From Oikopleura dioica (taxonomy: Eukaryota > Animalia > Chordata), in assembly GCA_907165135.1 (NCBI GenBank), contig OU015568.1, positions 2,604,001-2,668,000 of the forward strand: a stretch of 64,000 bases of DNA. Reading direction: 5' to 3'. Below are positions 12,392 to 24,200 of the stretch, piece by piece. The notes under the pieces were generated by a model. That model was given only the letters and a program-made list of their open reading frames with translations, ran no database searches and was not told where the DNA came from. Positions within the stretch are counted from its first letter, which is position 1, and each line of letters begins with the position of its first letter. Both the position numbers and the translations under genes were made by a program.

Positions 12392-13372
12392 TTTTCGCTT
12401 CTCTCTCTTTCGTTTCTTCGAATTGAAAATAACTCGTCAATCGAGGGCCGTTGGATCTCTTTTTTGAAAAATTAGAAACTGCGGCTTTGACTCGTATTAC
12501 GCGCTCAAGCTTCATCTGGCGTCAGATTCGGAGCATTTGTCACCCTCTCTAATATAGGTTTAAATATAACTATTTCACTTAAAAATTATAAGTTCGATTA
12601 ATATTTGAATTTTGAGAGCCTGAGTCTATTAGTTTGCGGTTAGGAAAAGGGAAATGGTTCAATACAAGACTGGATAAACTAATGCCTTATTAATGGAAAT
12701 ATTAAAATTGAATATTTGTCAGATGAATAAGCAGGTACAGTCTTTCATACTCTATTCCTGTTTATTCAACATAATCTCTATCAATTTTTTCAATCGAAAA
12801 TGGGGAGCCTTCTTTGTCCTTTACTTCCAGACCCTTGCGCCCCTTGTCCATCCTTAAGGCCACGTATCCTTACTATATTAGTCATAAAATCCTCTAAGAT
12901 TTTGAACGCGCTTTCCTGTTTTTTTTTCTCCCTCTCTAAAAATAACGAAAATAAGATGAAAAAAAAAATCGTGGAATCGTTTTAATAAGACTCGCTCGGT
13001 GATCCGAGTGGCTATGGCGTCAAGACTAATTAACTGTTCCTTAGGCTGGGAAATCATTTCTCTTCTGAACGAGGATGAAGACAACCCTGGATTTATGAGA
13101 TCACATTTCCTCTGAATTAATTGAGATTTTTTATGCTGATTATTGCGAAAAGCTTAGAGTTCATTGGAACGTCTAAAAAGGCTGCCATTAACAATGGTAG
13201 ACATTTAAAATTAGACCATTTTTGCGTTCTTTTTTAAAAAGTTCTAATTTTGTCTTGATTGACCCAGTTCTGACAAAGACCAATTTCGTGCTCTAAAAAT
13301 AATGCTTGCTTCAAATAAAACCGCGAAGTCGATCTTGAAAAAAGGTAAAAAACGTTTTTTGAAACGCGAAAA

Positions 13373-14541
13373 ATGAAGCTTGCTTTTAGTTTTTCCGCTT
13401 TTTCGGTCAGCAATGCTTTCCAAAGCGTTGACTGGAACGATGGCGATGCTGTTGCTGACACTGGCAACCCGTGCGGTAGTTTTATCCAGTTTGATAAGCC
13501 AGAGGACTTTGGAGCTGGAGGATACAGGAAAAAGAGAGAAAATCAAGCGAAAATCATAAAGAAAAAAAAAGCAGTTTAAAAATTTTTAATGGTTGAAATT
13601 TTGATCTTTTCTATAGTCTTAGTAACGCGACCTGTTCAATCACTTACAAAATGGAGAGTACCATCGAGCATATCAAGGTATCTTCATCCCAATTCTGAGC
13701 TGTTTTTAGGAGATTGAGTTTTCTGCCCCCTGATTGGCTGCGAGGACCCATCCGCCTTCTATAAATGACCTTTCAGACGATTTTGGAGACTTTGCGCACT
13801 CTCTTTCATGATTTTCTTTCACTAATAATTTCTAGCACGCTTTCATCGGTGGCGGAGCATTCATCGAGTCCCCTTCAACTCGTGGCCTGAACGAATTTTC
13901 CGTCTTTGGTTATCCCGGAATCACGAGCGACAGCTTCGACATGGTCATTTTCTGGGACGAAGCAATGGCGAAGATGGACAAGTTCGGCAACGAAACTTGC
14001 GGAACTGGCAACGACTTCGCCCTCCAGTGTACTGGCTTCGAAAGTAAGACCGTTTCGGAATGAGTTCTATTTTTAGAATTTCGCGAGCGGCGCTTTATTT
14101 CTTCTTATTTTAGCTGCGGATCCGCTTTCGAACGATTTGGACGGACACTTCATGGAAACTGTAAACGACTTTAGAAAAACGGCCGGATCAGTTTTGGACT
14201 TTCAAGTCATCGGACCCAAGGCTCACGAACTCGTGACCGTTGCTTTCCTTGATTCTGACGGTTTGTTTTAAGGCAAACCAGCTTTTCTTTAAGAAAATTT
14301 TTAAGGGAACCGATGGCCATGCTACGATTTCAAAGCCGTTTCTGGAATCGCCCCTTACAGCGGATGCCATCCCTCAGGAGGCGCAAACAACACCCAAATC
14401 GACTGTGGAACTAAAAGCCAATTTACGCTCCTGTCCGATGACTACTTCGTCTCGACTTTGATGGGTTTCTCCTGCACCATGAACGATGATTCGTTCCCTG
14501 ATCTGTGGATGTCTCAAATCTCTCGACAAAGTATTCTCTGA
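13373..14541 (+). CDS. Secreted Cys-containing protein, possibly oikosin-like (house) family
   Basis: Signal peptide MKLAFSFSAFSVSNA; exons VADTGNPCG, NATCSITY, HAFIGGGAFI, DMVIFWDE...TCG...LQCT, HFMETVNDFR, PDLWMSQI; stop at 14541. Family assignment is from recall and unverified. Confidence 0.6.
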
Positions 14542-14749
14542 TCGAAAAATAAACACTTCTGGTGACAATAAAATGATTTTATCCATATTTTATTTTTTAA
14601 AGAGAAAACGAGAAAACTTTATTTTCAAGATGGCTCTTGACAATTTGAAGCATTCGTTGACGACCATATTTTCGTTTAGAATTCAAGAAACACGAACAAG
14701 AGAAGTATTTCTATGAAGAAAGCTGATTTACAACCAAGCATGCTCTGAA

Positions 14750-17700
14750 AAGGGCTCTAGAAACTTTTGATTACTTCTTCTTGCCAATTTTGTGGTCATA
14801 TTCAACCCACTGGTTTTCTTTATCACGCGCTACGTTAAAAGCTTCTCCAATTATGGGTCTTTAGATGCTTCGAATTGCTGGCGACTTGCAGATGAAAACA
14901 AGCGGTTGAACTGTGGTGTTTATTGCATTGCTCTAAGCGAAAGCTCGTTATTCTTGTAAAGTAGGGTTAGGTTTTGGAAGAAAAGACTTTCATCAGACAT
15001 TCCTTGTTTGTGCCAACTGACCGATCCGCCATCTTGAAGCACCATCCCAGAGATCTTAGAGATGCCTGCTTTAACACGTAGGATCCCCGTGTAGAGCATA
15101 TCCTCGATGCGGAACTCTCTGTAATCCGTTTCCTTTGCCGCTTCATATATTTTTCTTGCTGCTGATGCTGTGAGAGCGGTTGCTTGCCCGTTACTATAGG
15201 TGGGAATAAAGTACATTGGAGGATAGAGGTCAATCCAGGTATAGTATTTTCCGAAGTACATTGCTGGCGCTTCAGGGATGCATTTTCCTTTAAATATTTG
15301 TCGCGTTATTGTGATTCAAATGAAGGCCAACCTTTTAAACACTTTATTTCAGGTACGGACGGATCCAACTTTTTTAATTGACCCTCCAGCTCGTTGAGCT
15401 TTATGAAAATATCGTCGTCGTGGAAGATCGCATATTTTTTCTTCATACAGCGATCATTGAAAAATTGATAACCAGCAAATGTTTTCATTGGCAAGTTTTC
15501 ATAATTGTCTTCATAATCATATAGCACTATGTCATTGTGTTTTTCGCTCTCAGCTTTGATTTCGTCAGTTAGCCATTTTTCCTCTTGTTATAGCTCACCA
15601 GATATTGTCAATGACAGGGTTCTAAATCGACTAGTCGAGTTTCGACTAAAGTCGAAGTCGAGTCGAGTCTTCGTCGAAAAGACTAGCTCAACTCGACTAG
15701 ACTGGCTGGAAAAATTAGTCGACTCGACTCGACTCGACTTGACCCTATGAGTCAACTAGATTGTCGACTAGTCGAAAAAGTCGAGAGCAATGTTGAGGAA
15801 AAAGTCGAAAATCTAGTCGAATAAGTCGAAAATCTTGTCGAAAAAGTCGAAAATAATCACAATTTTGCTTACGACTTTTCGACTAAATTTCGACTTTTCG
15901 ACTAATTTTCGACTTTTTCGACTAAATTTATATATATTTTCCAGTTTTTCGACTTTTCGACTAATAAATCGATTAAGTCGACTCGACTCGACTCGACTAG
16001 CGATTTCAAAAACGCTTTCGACTCGACACGACTCGACTTGGGATTTTCAGGTAGCCTTTCGACTCGACTCGACTCGACTTCTGATTTTCAGCTCAGATTC
16101 AGAACCCTGAATGTCATAGATCGAAATATTAGGTATTCTATGTAGGTAAGTATCCGTAGCCTTTCCTTTTGACGATGGACTTCCAAGAAGAAAGAACAGA
16201 TGGAAGGAGTCCTGGTATTGCTTCTTTAAAATTTCCATGTAATATTTGCGAATCTCATCTCGCCGAAAAGAGCCCTTCCGGCTCGATTTAATGAAACTGA
16301 CGAAACCATCTCCGCTGCAAGACGGAGGTTGTATAAATTTGACTCGTTTTTGTTGCGAGACAATCTGCGTTTCACGAAGATATTTTGGTAGATTTCGTTT
16401 CGTTGAATGCGCAGTGAAAACTGAATTAGTAATGACATCTATTTGAACAAAAGAAAAGCGTTTACGTTGATATGCTTTGGATATTTTATCCAGAGATAAG
16501 TTCATCTTTTTGTTGAAGCGAATTTCGAATGACTCTGATCCCAAGAAACCACTTAATGGGTTAATGATCGAAGATGGCTGTGTATATTTTTGAGATATTG
16601 ATGCGATTATCCCCATCGACGATCTTATTCGCATGTAAATCATTTTTCCAGTTTCAGGAGTGAACATCATTGCGTCAGCGACGCAAGATTTGCCATTTAC
16701 TGCATTACCACACAAAAGCGTTCCTTTGTTCGGTAACGAAAATCTTTAAGATCCTGATCTGAGTAGTAACTGGTAACTATTGGAATGAGGAGGTGTATCT
16801 TAAGTCTTAGTTCCTTAATGTTCTACCGCTTTCCTGGAGAGCTAGTGGAAACAGTTTCTATTCCATCTTGAATCGTTGTTATGTCAATGATGTTGAGGCT
16901 GTTTGCGATCCAGAAAATAGCACTGTACTGCGACCACTTTCCCTCGTAGGCATTTTGAAGAGAAGCTAATGGCATGTAAGAAGTAACACGAAAATCGTCG
17001 AAAACGTTCTCGTTTGGGTCAGGAAAGTTGCCATAGAACTGAACGTCGACTTTTAATGATGGATTGAGCTTCATTGCAAGACGCGCCATGTGACGGTGCA
17101 TCATGCGGATATCCGATGACACCTCTTGAAGCGTTTCATGACTTGAGCTCGGTGTGCTCACCACCAATAATACACTTTTAAACGGCTTTTCCAATAATTT
17201 GGTTTTTATGGAGAATAAACAAAGCAAGTGTCAATAATAAAGATGACTGATGGAATCAGTCTGATTCCATCGAAACCCAAATTAAGGGGGGAGTCGTCAA
17301 TATAGAAATTTTTCGAGTCCGATTGAAATTAATCAAAAATTAAAAAAAAATAAAACTCAAATTTTTCATCAAAATCTCACTTTTCAAGCGCAATTTTGAA
17401 AGCTTTCCTCTGAAATTTGAGAAAAATGATCAACACGAATTCTGTAGCTCTTCTGACGAGCTCTCAGAATCTGGAAAGAAAATTTAAATTCCGGTTTTCT
17501 CAAAACCGATGACTACCCCCTTAAGGGCGGATAAAGCCGAGTGCCTGTGTTTTATCGGAATATCCTGGAGTGGAACTTCCGTGTCTTCTATCGCGTCGAA
17601 GATAGATTGAAGAGCAATGAGGCCTCCGTCTTCTTTGCCATTATCCCAGAAGTCTTCCTTCTCGTTCTGATCCTTTGGATTCTCTTTCCTTTCAAATAAT

Positions 17701-17807
17701 TCTCCGTGCAAATTATTCGACAATCGTATATTTTGGCAAGTGACCGAGTCGTATCTTGAATACTGGAGAATATTCAGCAAAATAAGACATATACAGAGCA
17801 GTGTCAA
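14750..17807 (-). CDS. GT31 beta-1,3-galactosyltransferase-like protein; long N-terminal region may belong to the same gene
   Basis: FIKSS...RRDEIR, FFLLG, DYEDNYENLPMKT, IFHDDDIF (DxD), YPP...YSNG, IEDMLYTGILR. Signal-anchor-like start at 17807. The 3' end and upstream joining are approximate. Confidence 0.75.
15615..16109. mobile_element. Intronic MITE filled with GTCGA/TCGAC repeats
   Basis: TIR cagggttct(a/g)aatc at both ends. Interior is dense gtcga/tcgac units in opposing orientation. It interrupts the GT31 gene between FLLG and DYED exons. Confidence 0.8.
17286..17520. mobile_element. TTAA-flanked MITE with GG termini (Kolobok-like)
   Basis: ttaa|ggggggagtcgtc ... gatgactaccccc|ttaa; 13-bp TIR with 2 mismatches. 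Confidence 0.6.
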
Positions 17808-18729
17808 TCTAAATATTCAAGGCCTGCTTTGACAAAATGCTCAAAATTCTTACTTGTGACCCTTTACAAGCATATTTAAAAGGGATGTCCCTTTCCGGGA
17901 GATTTTTTGCATGACGCTCCAAGTCTAAAGAGTTTGTGTATTCTTCCGTGGTGAATTTCTCTACTTCTCTGGGAACTTCAGATCACCGATGAATGGTGTG
18001 TTTTTTCCTCTCATAAAAACCGATAATTACTTTATTTGTCTTCCCCTCGATCGGGAAGAGTTATTCGCTTTCGTAAAACTACAGATGAAAAAAGTTGCGT
18101 CACATCTTGGAGGCGCCATTTCGATTCATCCCCGGGCAAGGAACGATGAGAAAGCGCGTGGGCACCCATGCCGGTAGTACAATTGTACAATTTCTGCCCC
18201 TCGGTCCTAAGATGCCGGGGTCAAGTCTAGGGTTACTTAGGGTTACCTAAGTTAAATATCAATCGAATCATATAAGCGCATAATTGTTCAATATACACAC
18301 ATGCAAGTTGTCATTACCGTCAAGACAAATATTTTAAATCACTCACTAAAAGTCCATTCTGAACATAACTGAATGATATAGAGTCTGGTTTTGAATAACG
18401 ATATCAAAAAACGTGATGGTAATAAACTTACGACTGATATAGATTCAGGAATTACCTGATGGCGAGTCTAACTCTGGAATGCTATGTGAATTTTCCATTC
18501 TTTTTTTTTCACACCGACTCGGTGTGATTCAGTTTGACACGGAATGCTTCCTTGTTTTTTGTTTGTCAACTCAACAGGCGAACAATATCGGAATTGAAAA
18601 ATCATCAACATCAGCTTTTTGAAAAGAAACAAACAAGTTCAAAAACGCCCGAATCAAGAAAATTTGAATTTTCCACAAATAATTATTATTTTTTTGTCAC
18701 GACTAAGTCCTTTTATTTTGCTTATTAGG

Positions 18730-19884
18730 TCAGTTATATTTTAAAGCATTTAAATAATCTTTACACACAAGATCAACCAAGAATTTCTCTTCCTCGCTGA
18801 TCTGATCTTTCCATTGAGACACAATTTCTGAAGAATTTCTTGAAGTTCCGTACTCTTTTGCTGGCCCTATGATAAAATTAAGGTTCAAGTCACAAATAAA
18901 AATAGACCTAAACTTCCTGCTGTATTTTTCTGGATCCAGTCATGAATATTCGGCGGACAATTCCATTTCAGAAAATCATAAACATCATTTGCGTTCTTTA
19001 TTGGATGAAGCGCGAATTCTTCGAATTTCAAGGACATCAATCTTGAGCGCAAATGAAAGTTCTCTTCATAAAAAGCGTGTTGTTCCAATTTTTCAGTGCA
19101 AAAGCGATTGATATTCGAATAATAGTTAATTAGAGCTCCGGCCTTTTTTCTGCTCAAAAATACTGGCCTTGAGTCCCTAAAAACAAATTTTAAAGAAAAC
19201 TAAAAAAAAAAAAATTTTGCCTGAAAAAGAGCAAAACTCTCAAATCAATTTTTCTTCGCTCTGCTTCTTTTAACAAAACATCTATGTTTGCTACTTTGAT
19301 AGTCTTGATAACTCTCTTCTTTTTCCGACAAAGATCTTCCACCTCGTTTATTCTTATCGGCCTGCAGTTTCTCCCTCGATCGCAAAATTTTTCTGCCAGG
19401 AGTCGGTCCCTCTCTTCAAATATGATTTTATCCCCTTCTGGGCGTTGAATTAAGTAAGGATTGGTAAATTTGCATTGAAAAAGATCAAGGATGAATGAAA
19501 CCCATTGTTGCTCTGTAATAATATAATGTCCATTCTTTTTTGTAAACAGGTTGTGATCAGGCTCGAATAGCTAAGAAAAAATATCAAATTGAATTGTAGT
19601 GGAAGCAAAAGACTTACGTAGAGAATTTCATTATTTTGATTGAAAATCTCTGCCAAAAACGAAGACCCAGTTCTGTATGCTGTCGCTAGAAGAACATTCT
19701 CAGCTGGAGGCAGTTCCTCAATCTGTTTCTCTTCAATCTGTTTTCCTTCAGGACTCAATCTTGTCGGCGGAAATATTCCCTGTAAAGATTCTGCATCCGT
19801 TGCCTCCAAAAAGAGAATAACATCAATCGTTGCGAAGAAAATAAGAAAAAATAAGAGTATAAGATTTATCTCTCTATTTTCCAT
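18730..19884 (-). CDS. Carbohydrate sulfotransferase (GlcNAc/Gal-6-O type, CHST1-7-like)
   Basis: N-terminal TM; 5'-PSB motif NVLLATAYRTGSSFLAEIFNQ...LFEP; VLLFFRDSR; KFEEFALHP. Stop at 18730. Confidence 0.85.
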
Positions 19885-20929
19885 TTTTCGTCAACCTCTT
19901 GTCATGTTAAATTCTTTCGTTTTCAGCTTTTATTTTGAGCCTTTTCAACTTTATTTTAGACTTCAGAAAGCGCCGCAAGCAATGACATGTGAAGTGCTAG
20001 ATTTGTGCGCCGACCGACTCGTTCTTTTTTCGCATGGTCAAAAATTGATATTGATCAGTTGATCCTTCATCAAATTAGTTATCTTTTCATGGTCTCTCGC
20101 TGTGAATATCGAGCACTGAGCGCCCTCTTTTGGCGCCTGTTTGAAATAAAAAGCCGCGCAACTCATATTTCAATCATCATTCTAAAATGATTCAATACTC
20201 TGATTATCAAAAGGGTTTGCATAGTCCAACCGTTGCTCTTTCAAATCTCATCAGAAAATAAATAATAAAAAAAAAGACTTTCAAAATGACAAGACTGAGT
20301 TCACTCACCTTCAACGTGACCCGCGTCTCGGCAGCAATTTCCCGCAGCAATAAAAAGACAAATGTCTTTTACAAAGGTGATGTCAAATTCAATCCACACT
20401 GCAAATAAAGAAGAATTGGAATTCAAATATCATTCATTTTCTTGATTAGTTCTTTTTTTTAACATTTTCATTTATTTTTTTTTTGAATAAACTTGAATAA
20501 AAATTATTCTTCCAAAACAAGAATTTTAAAAATAAAGGTCGGAAAGAAATAAATAAAATTTTGAAATTATCTCTAGGTCTTATTTGGCTTGGATTGCGTA
20601 TCAATTAAGTTTTGCAATGACCAGCTTGAAGCTTATCAAAGAAAGTTAGCTTGTTATCGATTTTGAGATGAAATAAATTTAGTTTTATTGCAGCAGGAGC
20701 GGGGGGAAGGGGTCACCTTCTGTATATGTTTGCCCAATCCGTGTTCAAATTTACCTTTTCGGCGGAAAACCGCTCAGCGCAGGATATTCACCTTTCCAAA
20801 TTCATCATACAGTGTTCTTACATCTTAAAAGCTGGAATCATTCGATGATTTGACTTTTTTCATTTCAAAAGAGAATATTTACGAAGACGCATTTCTTCCT
20901 AGTTTTTGCTATTTTGTAGCTTGAATTAA

Positions 20930-21076
20930 GGGTATCACCCTATAAAACGAATTCTAGAGCGATTTCTTGCAAAATAATGAAGTTTTCAAATTAAGCTTTC
21001 AGGCAAAATTTTTAGGATTTTTTAAAGACTGCCTTGATTCTGACTATTTAAAAAATTTATATTGAGAGGAGTGCCC
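20930..21076. mobile_element. Degenerate TTAA-flanked GGG...CCC MITE
   Basis: ttaa|gggtatcacc ... gagtgccc|ttaa. The left end matches the 52984 element. Confidence 0.45.
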
Positions 21077-21215
21077 TTAAGTTGACTCACCTAAGACAAT
21101 CGACAGCAGAGACAATGATAATAGAGTCAAATAATTGCCCTGTTTTATATGATTATACTGTGTCATTGAGACTTGAATCTGATGAAAAGAAAATTATTTG
21201 ACTTGTTGATTTTAG

Positions 21216-24200
21216 ATGGGAAATTGCGGCGGAAAGCCTCTCCCGAAAGAGACTATTGATGAAAGTCAAAAAGCTCACCAGGAGATTCCGAAAGCGCTGA
21301 TAAGCTCTGGCGCAAGAAAATCCGTCCGACATGTCGATCTCAGCGACAATTCCATCACGACTATCGACTCGAAATTCTGGCTCAACGAGAACATCGTCGA
21401 AATCAACATTTCGAAAAACTCAACATTTACAGCGATTCCAGCTGAATTGGCGAAATTGAGCAAACTGGAGCGACTTGATTTATCGCAAACGGGAATCATG
21501 GAAATTCCCGATTTTGTTTGGACAATGCAGAGTTTGAAAATCCTCAACGTCTCGGGGACAAAAGTCACCAGTCTTGGACTCTTGGCGGGGAACAACATCG
21601 CCAGTTTGGATATCTCGGGTCTGGGGCTCAAAGAACTGCCAGAAACGATCAGCGCTTTTGGCAATTTACAAGTACTCAAAGCAGCTGATAACAAATTGGC
21701 AACGCTTCCGGAGAACATCTCAAAATGCTCGAAATTAAAGGTTTTTTTTTCTCAAAATCTCAAGACAAAAAAACATAAAAATGCTTTTAAGGAACTCCAT
21801 CTCGAAGGAAACCTCTTGACTCACCTTCCATTGGCTGAAAATCTCCAAAAACTCGAAGTCCTCAAAATTGTCAAGGACCAAAAAGAAAAGGCCGCTGTTC
21901 TGCAAGAAGGTCTTTTCAAAGAGAAAAAGTGCTTGACTTGCGCTTATTTTAAATCCGGCGCTGCTCCAGTCGCTCCAAAGAGAAGTGAAAGTTTGCAGAA
22001 AAGAAATGAAGAGGCTGAGCTTAATGTTACGATTGTGACTGCTTCTACAGAGGTAACCATGAATTAAACCCTCTGTTTGCTAATTTGATAATCAGGTGAA
22101 AGCAGCGCCGCGTCTAATGGAGCCGCCAAAAATTGTCATCGACGAATTCGAAGAGACAACAAAGAGCGCTGAAGAAGACAGTCCTGACAAGACTGTCGAA
22201 GAAGACAATGATCAAAATGGAAATGAAGAGAAGAAACAAGAGGAAAAACAAAAGATTGATGCTAATGCTGATGCTGTTGTTGATAATCAAAGTGAAGGAA
22301 AAGGATCAAGAAAATCTTCCTCAAGCTCTTCCTCTTCATCTACATCAAGGTTGGCGATCTTTTAGGATTTTTTTGATATCTTTATTTTGAAATATTCTAA
22401 TTGCAGATATGATCCGCTGCGCTCTTTTCAGGCAAGCATACAAAAATCAGGAAAGCCTTAAAGGAAAATCTGAATCATGGGAATTGTAGAGCAGACAATT
22501 CTCTATAATAGCATTCTAGTTTTTATAAAATTTGAACGAAAAATTTAGGAGGAAATGTCACTAGAAGAAAACTGGCGGTTTTCAGATAACTATTCGCTGC
22601 CAATTTATTTGATTTTCGCAGGAAAAGACTTCAAGGATTCCAAATCTTTTTGAATCGTGGAAAAATCTTAGTCCGATCAGATTTTATGGCTCTGTGAGAA
22701 ATAGGTTCTGTCGGAGCGCGGATCCAGCAACTTTTTTTTCAATAGAAAGAACAAATATTGTTTGAGATATATATTAAAGTATTGCATTTGTTTACAAATG
22801 ATAAGACATTTTTAATTACAGATGAAGTCAGTTTCAGATTTATAGTTCCTAACAGATGTTCTTAACAGATTCTTCGACATTTCTTGGATATTTTGAGGCG
22901 GCCTTTTAAGGTTTTTATCTGATGAATTTATGTACCTTTGATTTGATTATAAAAACGTTGTCAAACTTTTGCCCTTACTTGAGAACATCGTCAGTTGAGT
23001 AGCCAAAAATGACGAAATCCGTAAAGTAGTGTCTGTAAATTTCGATGGCCGTTTCTCTCGGGATATTTTTCCAGTTCATTTCATCGGGCGGTCTTATTGC
23101 TTCTTCTTTTTCTTGAACTTCATCATCGACCTCATTTTCTTTAACCTTCCTGTTTGCCTTTTCGTCCCACCTGTATTTACCACTGATGTTGATTTTTCTA
23201 AAAAGCCCGATTTCTTTGAGCAACAGCTCGATTTCTTCCTCGCTATTTTCCAAATGAGTGATGAGGTTATAATCCATGGCACAGGGAGAACAGCGGTAGA
23301 AGATCGACTTCCAGTGAGGATTATGTCGAGTGTCTCCTGGATTATTCGCAATAAACTCAACAAAAGCTTCGAAAGTTGTTCGCAACCCGTCTGGAATTTC
23401 TCCGTAAAACTGATGAAAAGGCTTGATCGAGGGTAAAAACTTGTCATACACGCTGCTCCCTGGTCTGTTGCTCCGCATTTTGTCATGCCAGGCTGAGTGG
23501 ATCCGCGAAAAAGGATTTCTTTGATCGGTTTTTAGATAGAAAACGTGAGTTAGAGTCTACTAACCCGAAGTAAGCCTTATCGTGATTGGTGGACGGAAAA
23601 AATATTAGCTTCTGATTGGCTGAAAGAAACCCAAATTTTAATTTTTAATGAACCGTTTCTTGTGTTGGCAACTCTCTTCGATGCTGTAAGAATTTTTCGA
23701 AGATCTTTCTTTTCTTTCGTATACCGATGAAGAATCGTTGGTTCGACTCTTGGGAGAACTTCATACAGTGTGTTCGTCGTTGCATCCACAACAGTTGCTC
23801 CACTTTTAATGTCTCTCTGAAACCCCCTTGCTGCGTCGTCTCCTTTTGTCAAGTTCAAAAAATGAACATCAAGAGCTTTTTGCCAATTTGATGTTCCGCT
23901 TTTTGGTGGCAAACAGATCATCAAATCCATTGTTTCTGTCAGATTGAAGATGCTTGTTCTTGCTACTCTATTTGCGATGCAAGAATCTTCTGATTCTTCG
24001 AAATCGGGAAGATCGGCATCTATGTCGTGAATCTGCTGATGGAGCTTCAGAAGTTGTTGAAGAGTTGGAAGTGGTTTTGATTGAAGAGTTTTTTGAATAA
24101 GAGGTAAAGCTGAAAGGGGCTTTTAAAGACTGTTATTACTGAAAATCGAATTTTTCTTTTGATTATTTATTTTCATCAAAAAAGCCCAAAACTGAACATG

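Noticed and set aside
15529-16110. ORFs rich in STRLD/RL
   Set aside because: These are translations of the GTCGA repeat element.
16140-16160. ATACTTACCT on the minus strand resembling the U1 snRNA 5' end
   Set aside because: The downstream sequence does not match U1 stems or the Sm site.
20774-20808. Box C (ATGATGA) and CTGA on the minus strand, possible C/D snoRNA
   Set aside because: The boxes are only 35 nt apart, with no terminal stem or second D box.
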